64,000 bases of DNA from contig OZ252100.1 of NCBI GenBank assembly GCA_965248435.1, positions 4,096,001 through 4,160,000 of the forward strand, given 5' to 3'. Both the position numbers and the translations under genes were made by a program. The stretch is from Candidatus Latescibacterota bacterium (GTDB taxonomy: Bacteria > Latescibacterota > UBA2968 > GCA-2709665). Under the pieces are notes generated by a model, which saw only the letters and a list, made by a program, of their open reading frames with translations, was not told the origin of the DNA and ran no database searches. Below, piece after piece: positions 27,645-37,230 of this stretch. Numbering within the stretch: position 1 is the first letter of the stretch; each line of letters begins with the position of its first letter.

Positions 27645-28463
27645 ATGGACCTAAGCAACAAGGTCGCGCTGGTGACCGGGGCCGGCAGCGGGATCGGCCG
27701 GGCATCAGCCCTGGCGATGGCGGCAGCGGGGGCTGGCATCGTCGTGAACGACGTGAACGGCGACAGCGCCGCTTCGGTGACGAAAGAGATTCAGGATGCG
27801 GGTGGGCGGGCGCTGGCCAAGGTTGCGAGCGTGGCCGACTACGAGGCCGTGGAGCGAATGGTGAACGAGGCCTCGGAGGAGCTCGGGGCGATCGACATCC
27901 TGGTGAACAACGCCGGGATCTTCATCCGCCACGACGGCGATTTCAGCACGATGCCCCTGGAGACGTGGCACGGTATCCTGGAGGTGAACCTGCACGGCGT
28001 GTTTCACTGCACCCGGGCGGTTCTGCGCCACATGATTCCTCGAAAAGCAGGCGGCAAGATCGTGAACATCAGCTCGATCCTGGCACGGACCGCGCACTTC
28101 GAGGCCTCCTCCTATCACGTGTCGAAGGGGGGCATCGAATCGCTGACCCGCTGCCTGGCCGTGGACCTGGCGCCGCACAAGATCAACGTAAACGCGATCG
28201 GGCCGGGCGGCATCGCGACCGAGGGACTGGGCAGCTCGATGCCCGACGAGGTCATCCAGGCCTACCGCCAGCGCATTCCGTGGGGCGCCCGGGGCCGCCC
28301 GAAGGACATCGGGAACGTGGTGGCCTTTCTGGCTTCGGAAGAGGCGGGCTACATCACGGGACAGGTCGTCTACGTGGACGGGGGCTACCTGGCGGACAGC
28401 ACGCCGGAGGGCATTCAGACCTACGATCATCCTGTTCCGCCGGATGATCCGGACGCGGAGTAG
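27645..28463 (+). CDS. SDR oxidoreductase
   Basis: TGAGSGIG, NNAG, YHVSK. Confidence 0.92.
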   Translation: MDLSNKVALVTGAGSGIGRASALAMAAAGAGIVVNDVNGDSAASVTKEIQDAGGRALAKVASVADYEAVERMVNEASEELGAIDILVNNAGIFIRHDGDFSTMPLETWHGILEVNLHGVFHCTRAVLRHMIPRKAGGKIVNISSILARTAHFEASSYHVSKGGIESLTRCLAVDLAPHKINVNAIGPGGIATEGLGSSMPDEVIQAYRQRIPWGARGRPKDIGNVVAFLASEEAGYITGQVVYVDGGYLADSTPEGIQTYDHPVPPDDPDAE

Positions 28464-28476
28464 AAAACCCCGGGGA

Positions 28477-28509
28477 GATTGCGGATTGCGGATTTGGGAT
28501 TGCGGATTT
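28477..28509 (+). repeat. Heptamer tandem repeat (GATTGCG/GATTTGG)n; second copy at 29856-29882
   Basis: Direct reading. Confidence 0.7.
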
Positions 28510-28522
28510 ACAAGGAGCAGCC

Positions 28523-28894
28523 ATGTCGCACACCCACAGCACGATTCGAGATGGGAAGCGGTTTGTCTGGGATACGGAGAGGCTCTGGTCCTTGTCCGCT
28601 TCGTTTCCCCCATTCGAAATCGAGGTGGATTCGATTCGGGAGCTGGACGCCGATTGCTGGTTCGAGGGGAAAGTGCCGACGTTGAGGGAGGTTGCGAAAC
28701 ACTGCGAGCGGATCAACGCGGCGCCCACCGATCGACCCATCATCCTCAATGATGACGGATCCCTGATGGATGGCGGCCATCGCCTGTGCAGAGCGCTGAT
28801 CAAGGGACGTAAGACGGTCTTGGCCGTTCAGTTTCCTGAGATGCCGGAACCGGATGAGATACGGGAGCTGGAAACAAAAGGGTGTGAAGAATGA
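28523..28894 (+). CDS. Small ParB/sulfiredoxin-like domain protein
   Basis: PIIL...LMDGGHRL motif; RBS AAGGAG. Confidence 0.7.
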   Translation: MSHTHSTIRDGKRFVWDTERLWSLSASFPPFEIEVDSIRELDADCWFEGKVPTLREVAKHCERINAAPTDRPIILNDDGSLMDGGHRLCRALIKGRKTVLAVQFPEMPEPDEIRELETKGCEE

Positions 28895-29268
28895 ACGATT
28901 ACGAGAGGGGATACGCGCAGTTCGCCCAAATGGTGGGTGAAGACAAGATCGAGGGATTGGTCGCCCGATTCAAGTCGGTCTGCCCCGATTTCGAGAAGGA
29001 AGTGGTCTCGGTCATAGGCGGCAGGATCTGGACCCGCGGCGTGATCGACCTGAAGACGAGGTCGTTGTGCAGCATCTGTGTGCTGGCGAGTCTGGGGCGG
29101 GATCAGGCGCTCGGACTGAACTATCGGATGGCGATCAACAATGGGGCCCGGATCGATGAGATCTTCGAAGCGATCTTTCAGGTGGCTGCCTATGCCGGTT
29201 TCCCCGCGGCGTGGGACGCGCTGGTCAAACTGGAAACGGTGTTGAAAGAGATGGATGGGGAGAATTGA
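28891..29268 (+). CDS. Carboxymuconolactone decarboxylase family protein
   Basis: IWTR..IDLKTRSL, AINNG, YAGFPAA; ATGA overlap with the upstream gene. Confidence 0.88.
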   Translation: MNDYERGYAQFAQMVGEDKIEGLVARFKSVCPDFEKEVVSVIGGRIWTRGVIDLKTRSLCSICVLASLGRDQALGLNYRMAINNGARIDEIFEAIFQVAAYAGFPAAWDALVKLETVLKEMDGEN

Positions 29269-29304
29269 TCGCGGACGATTCTGATCCAAGAGATACATGA
29301 AAGC

Positions 29305-29347
29305 GACCCCGTCCTGATCCAATTCGATCAGAACGGGGTTTTTGTTT
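29305..29347 (+). terminator. Hairpin family B (CCCCGTCCTGA-loop-TCAGRRCGGGG-T-tract), copy 1
   Basis: Similar copies at 41648, 42650, 42801, 43684 and 44605. Confidence 0.75.
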
Positions 29348-29422
29348 CTGACACGCGAATGGGCGCCGTCCTTCCGGACAACGCCCATTGCAACTCACAA
29401 ATGTCTTTACGATGGCAGCTGG

Positions 29423-29623
29423 TTATCGCCTCGTTACATTCTGAGCCTGGAGCCCCTTGGGGCCCTGAGCGATCTCGAATTCAACCTGATCGCCATCTGC
29501 CAACGACTTGAATCCATCGCCCGAGATTGCGGAAAAATGAACAAACACATCTTCACCACCATCATGCTCGATAAACCCGAAGCCCTTGCTGTCGTTAAAC
29601 CACTTCACGGTTCCTTCTGGCAA
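29423..29623 (-). CDS. cspA: Cold-shock protein
   Basis: GTVKWFN, KGFGFI (RNP1), VFVHF (RNP2). Confidence 0.95.
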   Translation of the reverse strand: MPEGTVKWFNDSKGFGFIEHDGGEDVFVHFSAISGDGFKSLADGDQVEFEIAQGPKGLQAQNVTRR

Positions 29624-29686
29624 CTGTCTTCACCACCTTCCTACTTTTAACTCTGTACCACACCCAGACAAGGACGATAGAGCATG

Positions 29687-29722
29687 AAAAAAGGCAAGAA
29701 TCGAAACCTTCTGATCCTTGCC
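29687..29722 (-). terminator. Intrinsic terminator within the csp 5' leader (copy 1)
   Basis: Minus strand GGCAAGGATC-loop-GATTCTTGCC-TTTTTT, between the promoter and the ATG. Confidence 0.65.
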
Positions 29723-29787
29723 ACACCGTTCTTTCTCAGGTCGAATGTACAGGACACAGAAACTATAAACCTTTCGCTTCAGGGGAC

Positions 29788-29816
29788 AAGATATAGTATT
29801 CAAGGCCGGATGTCAA
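29788..29816 (-). promoter_or_regulatory. csp promoter TTGACA-N17-TATCTT
   Basis: Consensus -35 and spacing; equivalent site upstream of the paralogue. Confidence 0.7.
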
Positions 29817-29963
29817 GGTCCAGGGTCGAAAAGATGATAAGGCGTGGTTCAATCTCGGATTGCGGATTTGGGATTGAGGAATGAAAGGCAAAACGCGAAT
29901 GGGCGCCGTCCTGTTCGGATGACGCCCATTACAACTCATAAGTGTCTTTACGATGGCCGCTGG

Positions 29964-30164
29964 TTATCGCCTCGTTACATTCTGAGCCTGGAGCCCCTTG
30001 GGGCCCTGAGCGATCTCGAATTCAACTTGATCGCCCTCTGCCAAAGACTTGAATCCGTCTCCCTGGATCGCGGAAAAATGAACGAATACGTCCTCGCCCC
30101 CGTCCTGCTCGATAAATCCGAAGCCCTTGCTGTCGTTAAACCACTTCACTGTTCCTTCTGGCAA
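29964..30164 (-). CDS. cspA: Cold-shock protein (tandem paralogue)
   Basis: Differs from copy 1 at only 3 residues. Confidence 0.95.
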   Translation of the reverse strand: MPEGTVKWFNDSKGFGFIEQDGGEDVFVHFSAIQGDGFKSLAEGDQVEFEIAQGPKGLQAQNVTRR

Positions 30165-30228
30165 CTGTCTTCACCACCTTTCTACGTTTACCTCTGCAGT
30201 TGCGCCCCAGATAAGGACGATGGGAAAT

Positions 30229-30265
30229 AAAAAAAGGCAAGAATCGAAACCGTCTGATCCTTGCC
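30229..30265 (-). terminator. Intrinsic terminator within the csp 5' leader (copy 2)
   Basis: Same stem as copy 1, followed by T7. Confidence 0.65.
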
Positions 30266-30343
30266 ATAGCGTCTCTCCCAAACCGTCTTCTCTCAGGTCG
30301 ATCGTACAGGATACAGAATCTACCACTTTTCAATTCAATGAAT

Positions 30344-30372
30344 AAGATAACCTATTCATTTCGGGAAGTCAA
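30344..30372 (-). promoter_or_regulatory. csp promoter TTGACT-N17-TATCTT
   Basis: Boxes conserved between paralogues although the spacer differs. Confidence 0.7.
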
Positions 30373-30466
30373 GTGCCAGAATCAGCCCTTCTGATCGGGA
30401 GTTCATCCTCAGAAACGGTGCCAGTCGGGAGGTTTTTCACTATTACAGGGATCCCTTCGGGCCCAA

Positions 30467-31240
30467 TTACTTGGCCGTCCAGCCGCCGTCTACGGCCATC
30501 GCGTGTCCGGTCACGAAGGAGGCGGCGTCCGAGCAGAGCCAGACCACGGCTTCGGCGATCTCCTCCGGCTCGGCGACCCGGCCGATCGGTTCGAAGGCGT
30601 CGATTCTGGCTTTCCGCTCGGCCTCCGGCAATTTGAATAGCGTGATGTTGGGGGTGCGGGTAAAGCCGGGGCAGACGGCGTTGACGCGGATGCCCTGGCG
30701 GGCGTTCTCGAGGGCGGCGGTCTTGGTAAGGCCTACGACGCCGTGTTTGCTCGCGACGTAGCCAGCCCAGTTCTCTACGCCGACCAGACCGGCGACCGAG
30801 GAATTGTTGACGATGCTGCCGCCACCCTGGGCCAGCATTTGGGGAATCTCGTACTTCATACACAGCCAGACTCCCTTGAGGTTGACGGCCATGATCCGGT
30901 CCCAGTTGGCTTCGGGATAGTCGGTGATGGGCGTCAGGGCTCCGCGGTGGGCGTTGAGGTCTCCGGCGTTGTTGAATCCGCAGTCCAGCCGGCCCCACTT
31001 CTCGACCGTGCGGGCGACCATGACCTCGACCTGGTCGGCCTTCGAAACGTCCGTCTGGACGAAGAGGGCCTGGCTCCCGGCGTCTTCGACCATTTGCGCG
31101 GTCTCCTCGCCGCCGGCTACGTCGATGTCGGCGACGGAGACAAGGGCGCCCTCACGGGCGAAAGTCAGCGCGGCGGCCCGTCCGATGCCGGAACCCCCAC
31201 CCGTGATCACGACGACTTTACCTTCCAGATGAGCCGGCAC
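30467..31240 (-). CDS. SDR oxidoreductase
   Basis: TGGGSGIG, NNAG, YVASKHG. Confidence 0.92.
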   Translation of the reverse strand: MPAHLEGKVVVITGGGSGIGRAAALTFAREGALVSVADIDVAGGEETAQMVEDAGSQALFVQTDVSKADQVEVMVARTVEKWGRLDCGFNNAGDLNAHRGALTPITDYPEANWDRIMAVNLKGVWLCMKYEIPQMLAQGGGSIVNNSSVAGLVGVENWAGYVASKHGVVGLTKTAALENARQGIRVNAVCPGFTRTPNITLFKLPEAERKARIDAFEPIGRVAEPEEIAEAVVWLCSDAASFVTGHAMAVDGGWTAK

Positions 31241-31249
31241 GTGGCTTCC

Positions 31250-31657
31250 TCACTTACGGTTACGTTTCCGAATGACGAGCTTGAGTCCAGACCAGGTCTC
31301 GTCCACCGCGCAGACTTTCACGTCGACCAGGCCGAGCGGCAGCGCGAGCTCTCGGATCGTGTCCTCCGTGACATCGGATTCTACGCGTGATGATTTCTTC
31401 GGCCAGGAGACCCAGATCATGCCGTCCTGCCTGATCTGCGACATGCAGCTCCGGAGCTGCTTCGAGAGTTCCGAGCGCGACTTCGTGAAGAGGTGAAAGA
31501 GGTCGATCTCATCGCGGAATCGGGTGGAGATCGATGTCTCATCCGGCAGGGGGCCCAGAAGCGCCGGGTAGTTCTTCGGCGCGTTCTTCGCCTTGATTCG
31601 GAAGCCCGGTTTGATCCCGAGTTTCACTGCCAGTGGTGTTCCTGAATAGCCCGCCAC
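31250..31657 (-). CDS. DUF3052 family protein
   Basis: MAGYSGTPLAVKLGIK, WVSWPKK, GLVDVKVCAVDETWSGLK. Confidence 0.85.
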   Translation of the reverse strand: MAGYSGTPLAVKLGIKPGFRIKAKNAPKNYPALLGPLPDETSISTRFRDEIDLFHLFTKSRSELSKQLRSCMSQIRQDGMIWVSWPKKSSRVESDVTEDTIRELALPLGLVDVKVCAVDETWSGLKLVIRKRNRK

Positions 31658-31669
31658 TTCACTCCTCTC

Positions 31670-32773
31670 TCAGTCGATTTCCCTCATCCGGCAGCAGCGC
31701 ACGTAGGTGACGTGCTCTTCGGTCACGTAGTAGGCCACGGCGATCGTCCCGTCCGACAGCTGGGTGACCGACGGCGTCCCGAAGGTGAAGAAGTGATAGG
31801 CATCGAGCGCGTCTTCGACCTGGTCCCTCCGTTTGGCGAGCACGGGCGCGCTGCGCACCGTGGCCGGCTCGACGCCCCAGAGCTCGACGTGATCCGCTTC
31901 GGCAAAGTGCCCGCCGCCGTCCTCCGACAGCGCCGCGCGGATCCCCATAGGCTCACGGCGGTGATTGGTGACGGCGATGACCCTGCCGCTCCGAAGACCG
32001 GATACATCAGTCACCTGCCCCCAGAACCCCGTGTCCTGAGGCTCCGTCCAGGTCTCGCCGCCGTCCGAGGACCACGCCGAGTGGACGTTGACTCCCTGAT
32101 CGTTCTGCATGTCGTGCGTCCAGTAGACAGCGAGCAGGCGGCCGTCCTCCAGCAGGGTAATGCGCATGTCGAAGAAGTAGCGCCCGCCTTTCGGCTCGTG
32201 CACCCTCCGCCACCTCTCCCAGGTTCGGCCGCCGTCGGTCGAGCGCGTGAGCAGGGAAGACCAGTCGGGCATTCGATCGCCTTTTCCTTCGTCGCCCCAT
32301 TCGCCTGGCGACACGACCGTGCCGTCCGCCAGGGTTACCAGGTTGCCGCCGCACCCGACCCGGTCGAAGGGCGCGGCGTCGACGCTCGAGAACGGAGACC
32401 AGGTGTCACCGACGTCGGAGGAACGAGTGACGAGCAGGCTCGAGGCTTCCCTGACTGCGGACAGGATGCGTACCCAGGCCAGGACGTCGCCCTCCCGGGT
32501 GAGACCAAACACTCCGGGCACGTGATAGCCCTCGGCGGCGCCTGCCGGCTCGGGCAGCGGTCCGGCCGGCTGCCAGGTGGCGCCGCCGTCGGTCGAGCGG
32601 TGGACGTTCACGACGCCGTCGTCGCTCTCCCGGGCCGTTCCGTGGCGGCAGGCACAGAGCAGCGAGTCGTCCGGCAGGGCCAGGATGGCGGGGAAGGCGA
32701 CGTATTCGCTGAAACGATTGGGGTGCGGATTGCGATAGACAGTGCTGTGTCCCAGGATTTCGAGCTTTGGCAT
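31670..32773 (-). CDS. BNR/Asp-box repeat sialidase-like protein (start MPKLEIL)
   Basis: Several SxDGGxTW Asp boxes; AFP motif; the ORF-track N-terminal extension crosses REP DNA. Confidence 0.85.
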   Translation of the reverse strand: MPKLEILGHSTVYRNPHPNRFSEYVAFPAILALPDDSLLCACRHGTARESDDGVVNVHRSTDGGATWQPAGPLPEPAGAAEGYHVPGVFGLTREGDVLAWVRILSAVREASSLLVTRSSDVGDTWSPFSSVDAAPFDRVGCGGNLVTLADGTVVSPGEWGDEGKGDRMPDWSSLLTRSTDGGRTWERWRRVHEPKGGRYFFDMRITLLEDGRLLAVYWTHDMQNDQGVNVHSAWSSDGGETWTEPQDTGFWGQVTDVSGLRSGRVIAVTNHRREPMGIRAALSEDGGGHFAEADHVELWGVEPATVRSAPVLAKRRDQVEDALDAYHFFTFGTPSVTQLSDGTIAVAYYVTEEHVTYVRCCRMREID

Positions 32774-32899
32774 CCGTCTGAATCCCTCTACTTCTGTTCG
32801 CTGACCCGGTCTCTCACGAGCCTGTATGATAGGACCAACTTCGCCTTGTGCCAAGCGATCCGCGACCCCAGAGTCCCCCCAGGCATAGTTCCTGGCCGG

Positions 32900-33070
32900 T
32901 CCCCTCCTTGGAGGGGACTTAGGGGTGGGTCTGATGAGAGAGATACTCAATATAATTGAAGGCCAAAGAAGGCTTGCCAAGAAGCAGGGCATCTGGAATT
33001 GGGTCACCGAAAACCCATTGTGACCTACCCCGCCCCGGCTTTGCCGGGACACCCCTCCCGGGAGGGGATT
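32900..33070. repeat. Pair of REP-like palindromes (CCCCTCC..GGAGGGG)
   Basis: 32900-32931 and 33022-33070, oppositely oriented. Confidence 0.6.
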
Positions 33071-33378
33071 CTTGTGATCATTCCTTCACTAGATGCGAGA
33101 TACGGATTCACTCACCGCGGAGGCGCGTCACAGCGTGCGCAGGGCGCCCTTGCGTGTCGCGTGATGCATAGACAGAAGATCGCCGTGACTCCCATCGTAT
33201 CGCGCGGATCGGATCTGCCCCGGCGAATCGACCTCGTATAAACGCTTAACCCTTCCCGGCCAAGCTGGGCGCCTTCCAGGCCTCTTCAAATCCCGGTAGA
33301 TCGAGCTCGCCGTGTCCACACCCGAGACCGGGTTCAGCAAGCATAATATATACCAAGCCGTTGGGTTTTATGGCATTT

Positions 33379-33412
33379 AGACCAATTTTCCAGACGTCTG
33401 GAAAATTGGTCT
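33379..33412. repeat. Perfect 34-bp palindrome AGACCAATTTTCCAGACGTCTGGAAAATTGGTCT
   Basis: Direct reading. Confidence 0.9.
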
Positions 33413-33523
33413 GGCCCACTGCCGTGCCCTGCTCAAGCTGCCGAGCGGAACGCGCGGGGGTTTGCGAAACGGCGACGCGCGCGCGGGATTTTGTCGTAGA
33501 GGCGCTGCAGGGCCTGTCCACCC

Positions 33524-33570
33524 TTGATGCGTAATCACCAAATCATTACCATGGCCACAGGACGTTAGCC
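33524..33570 (+). promoter_or_regulatory. Promoter TTGATG-N17-TACCAT followed by GTTAGCC (att core-like)
   Basis: Heads the plus-strand gene block 33647-40431. Confidence 0.4.
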
Positions 33571-33646
33571 GAAATTTCACCACTACCCGAGAAAAACAGA
33601 CCGCACGCAAAAGGACCGCCCTCTATCTGGTCGTGGAGAGATCGCT

Positions 33647-34426
33647 GTGACAGGCGTCCAGGAAATCGCTGCAAGTCGCCGAAGTCTACTCTCTGAACTT
33701 TTCGCCCGTCACAAACGGCACCGCGTCCCCATCGATGCCGTTTTTGATTTTCCTTTTGGCAAAGCCTTTGCGGATTCTGCGACCGATCCTGAAGTCGCGA
33801 TGCTGCGTTTGGGTGTATTTACGTATCTTGGTGGAAACCCGGATCACACAGCCGTTCGAGATCTGCTCGAGGGTCTGTCTCAAACGGCGATCATCCCCGA
33901 AACAGAGGCCTGGGCGGACGCTATTGTGCGGGTTCTTGGAAAAAGAGTAGAAAGACGAGATAGATGGGGCTTCTCCCACGAGGAATTGGACATAGATCAC
34001 CTGCGCATCCTCAGTCAAAAGATTCCCAAAGAGTATGAAATCCACGCGATATCTGACAATCGAGAATTGGCTGGAAAATTGGCTCGAAAAGGTGGGGGAG
34101 GGACAGTTTACACACCTGAACAGTTCATGGAGCATTGCATTGGTTTCTGCGCCCTTTCAGGACCCGATCTTGTAAGAGATCTTGTTGCAGCCGCTCTATC
34201 CGCAATGAACTCTAAGAGGGCAATTGAAATCACGATTGGCACAGACAAACCACATCGACGCAAAGGGCTGGCAACTGCTGTAGGCGCGTCACTGATTGCG
34301 TATTGCTTGGAGAAGGGAATTGAACCGCACTGGAACGCTGCGAGTCAGGCATCGGCGAGGCTTGCGGAAAAACTCGGTTATGTTCAGAATGATTTCTTCC
34401 ATCCCTATTTCCTTGGGGGCGAATAG
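33647..34426 (+). CDS. GNAT acetyltransferase
   Basis: IEITIGTDKPHRRKGLAT, PHWNA, SARLAEKLGY. Confidence 0.85.
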   Translation: MTGVQEIAASRRSLLSELFARHKRHRVPIDAVFDFPFGKAFADSATDPEVAMLRLGVFTYLGGNPDHTAVRDLLEGLSQTAIIPETEAWADAIVRVLGKRVERRDRWGFSHEELDIDHLRILSQKIPKEYEIHAISDNRELAGKLARKGGGGTVYTPEQFMEHCIGFCALSGPDLVRDLVAAALSAMNSKRAIEITIGTDKPHRRKGLATAVGASLIAYCLEKGIEPHWNAASQASARLAEKLGYVQNDFFHPYFLGGE

Positions 34427-34607
34427 CGGAGCACCCCCCAAACAGGAGGAGAAGGGGAAATGAAATCCGAGAGTACGGATTCGGGAGGAAACGGGCGGGC
34501 TGAGGGACGAATGATTCGACCGCCGGGGACGGTTACGGGACCCAAGTGGGCGGAGATATAGCGCATTTTTTCTGTTCAATCACAGTTGGCCAGCTGTGGA
34601 GGTAGCA

Positions 34608-34955
34608 ATGAATCGCATCGAAGGCATCAGCCCGATTCTAAACGTATCAGATATGAAGCGAAGTCTTCGATTTTACGTCGATCTATTGGGTTTTGAAAAC
34701 GCGGAATGGGGCGACGAAAATTTCACCGGTGTTTCACGAGATGGCTTCACGATACTTCTGTGCAAGAGTGGCCAGGGCCAACCCGGCACATGGATATATA
34801 TTGGTATTGAAAATGCCCGGCAAGTATACGAGGACCTCTCCTCCAAAGGTGTGACGATCCTTATGGAGCCGACCAACAGGCCCTGGGCGCTTGAAGTAAA
34901 TGTTGAAGATCCGGACGGTCATGTATTGCGTTTTGGATCTGAACCAGAAGAATGA
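34608..34955 (+). CDS. VOC/bleomycin-resistance family protein
   Basis: FYVDLLGF, EDPDGHVLRFG. Confidence 0.88.
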   Translation: MNRIEGISPILNVSDMKRSLRFYVDLLGFENAEWGDENFTGVSRDGFTILLCKSGQGQPGTWIYIGIENARQVYEDLSSKGVTILMEPTNRPWALEVNVEDPDGHVLRFGSEPEE

Positions 34956-34988
34956 AAGAAGTGTAATGCAACTGAACAGGTAGAGGAA

Positions 34989-35624
34989 TTGGACGCTCTC
35001 TCCTCAGCGCCACTGCTCGAAAACCAGATCGAACAGGCTGGTGATTTGTTCGCGCGTGCCTTTCAAGATGACCCGCTGAACGTCTACGCGCTGCCCGACG
35101 CACGCGAACGCGAACGTTTGAATCCGACTTACTTCTCGGCATTCGTAAGGTATGGCCATCTCGCCGGGGAGGTGTGGGCGACGGAGGGCAGTCTCGACGG
35201 GGTTGCGGTCTGGATCCCGCCGAATAACGGTGTCCAGATACCACCGGATCTGGCGGACCGGGCTGGCATCAGCGCCCTTCCGTCGATCCTTGGCGTCGAG
35301 GCAGTCGACCGCAAGAGGGAGGTGTTCGACCATCTGGACAGACTTCACGAGCGGGATGCCGAGGATCCACACTGGTACCTGATGTTCATAGGTGTGGAGC
35401 CGAATCGGCAGCGGCAGGGCGTCGGGAGCGCACTCTTACGGCCGGTACTGTCTCGTGCCGACTCGGATGGAAGACCCTGCTACCTCGAGACCTTTCAACC
35501 GACGAACGTTCCCTTCTACCTGAAGCACGGGTTTGAGATCGTCGTCAGAGATGTCGAACCGCAGAGCGGCATCCGGTTCTGGACGTTTCGGCGCGAGCCC
35601 GGAATAGATACACGTAAGCGATAG
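34989..35624 (+). CDS. GNAT acetyltransferase (puromycin N-acetyltransferase-like)
   Basis: AFQDDP, HWYLMFIGVEP..QRQGVG, YLET, NVPFYLKHGF. Confidence 0.87.
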   Translation: MDALSSAPLLENQIEQAGDLFARAFQDDPLNVYALPDARERERLNPTYFSAFVRYGHLAGEVWATEGSLDGVAVWIPPNNGVQIPPDLADRAGISALPSILGVEAVDRKREVFDHLDRLHERDAEDPHWYLMFIGVEPNRQRQGVGSALLRPVLSRADSDGRPCYLETFQPTNVPFYLKHGFEIVVRDVEPQSGIRFWTFRREPGIDTRKR

Positions 35625-35643
35625 ATTCAGTAAAGGATTCAAG

Positions 35644-37086
35644 ATGTCTTTAGAGCGCGATGACTTATCCCGTGTCGGTGGGATGTTGAAAACGCGCGAA
35701 GCCCGCGTGCTCACGTGGTCGCTTGGTGCACGGCTGGCTTTCTTCGCCATCTTCCTTGTGCTGTTGCTCCTGTATCTCCTCGGCTTAATTAGACCAGGTA
35801 TTGTCGCTGAGACCGACGTAGACGCGATCGCTTCGCTTTCTATCCTAGCTGTGGCAAGCTGCATCATTTCTTTGGGGTGTGTGCTCGCGAAACGCGAGCG
35901 GCATCTTCTCGCCGTCGGCATCGGCTCTGTCCTGCTCGATTTGGTCATGCTTGCCTTGCTACCGTTCATTTGGTACAAAGCTATGGACCTGCCTGATGGT
36001 TCTCCCGCTTTCCTCATGAAGAACGAGTTGGTTACGATCGGCATGGTCATGATAGCCGTCAACAGCTTGACGCTGAGGCCGATGTATCCAGCGATGATGG
36101 CCGCGGGTGTGATCGCAATTCATCTCGCGATCATGCAGTGGGTGCTCGGCGACCCACGGGTTACCGTCACGTCGCAATTCAGCGAGCATTTCTACACCTC
36201 CGCCGTAAATCCTGGCATCTTTGTTGTCCGTATGGTAATTCTGGCAATGGTCGGCGGAGCTCTGGCTTTCCTGGCGTGGTTCGCCAGGCGGCTGATCCAG
36301 GACGGGGTAGCGCTTGAAGTCTCCAACTTCGAGATCAAGGAACAGCAGGCACATCTCATCCATGAGGGCAAGATGGCCGCGGTGAGCGGACTGGTAGCGG
36401 GTGTTGCACATGAAGTCAACAATCCGCTCGGCGCGGTAAGGAGCAGTCTGGAGACTTCGCAAATAGGCGCTTCAAAGCTTGCAGGGGAATTGGCAGCTTC
36501 TTCACCTGGGTCAAAGATCGACAAGATCCTTAAGGTCATGAAGGACAGCAACAGAGTTGCACTCCAGGCCGTTGAAAGAATTTCTAATCTGGTTCGCTCG
36601 CTGAGGGATTTTTCCCGCCTCGACGAGGCCGAGGTTCAGCTTACTGATCTTCATGCAGATCTGGACACCGCCCTGTCGCTCATCGAGCCAGACGTAAAGG
36701 GAAAAGTGGAGGTCCTCAAGCAATATAGAGACATCCCTCAGATCAAGTGCAGGCCCAAGGAACTCAATCAAGTGTTCATGACGATCCTCCTCAACGCATT
36801 CGAGGCCATGGACGGAGCGGGAACGCTTCGTATCAGCACCGAAGCCGTTGATGGCCACATTGCAATCGAGATTTCGGACTCCGGGCCAGGGATACCGGAT
36901 GATCTACTGTCCAATCTGTTTGAAATCGGGTTTGCTGCCAGCAAGGGCAGGATATCGATGGGGCTGGGATTGCCCGTGGCACACAGGGTTGTAAAGCATC
37001 ACAACGGGGAACTATCGGTTCAGAGCATATTGGACCAGGGTACGTCTTTTAAGATATCATTGCCACTGAATGAGCTACCAGATTAG
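35644..37086 (+). CDS. Membrane-bound sensor histidine kinase
   Basis: About 6 TM helices; AHEVNNP; DSGPGI; MGLGL. Confidence 0.88.
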   Translation: MSLERDDLSRVGGMLKTREARVLTWSLGARLAFFAIFLVLLLLYLLGLIRPGIVAETDVDAIASLSILAVASCIISLGCVLAKRERHLLAVGIGSVLLDLVMLALLPFIWYKAMDLPDGSPAFLMKNELVTIGMVMIAVNSLTLRPMYPAMMAAGVIAIHLAIMQWVLGDPRVTVTSQFSEHFYTSAVNPGIFVVRMVILAMVGGALAFLAWFARRLIQDGVALEVSNFEIKEQQAHLIHEGKMAAVSGLVAGVAHEVNNPLGAVRSSLETSQIGASKLAGELAASSPGSKIDKILKVMKDSNRVALQAVERISNLVRSLRDFSRLDEAEVQLTDLHADLDTALSLIEPDVKGKVEVLKQYRDIPQIKCRPKELNQVFMTILLNAFEAMDGAGTLRISTEAVDGHIAIEISDSGPGIPDDLLSNLFEIGFAASKGRISMGLGLPVAHRVVKHHNGELSVQSILDQGTSFKISLPLNELPD

Positions 37087-37230
37087 TCCGTAAGCGCGCC
37101 CGCCATATGTACGGTCAAAGACGTTCAGACAGGCAAAACAACCAAACAGGATGAGTTATTCCGTTTTGGTAGAGTAAGGTGTTTACGAGCGTGCTGGCAA
37201 GAGACCAAACTGATACACGGGGCTGCGACT

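Noticed and set aside
31712-32959. 415-aa plus-strand ORF
   Set aside because: Antisense shadow of the BNR gene; no motifs
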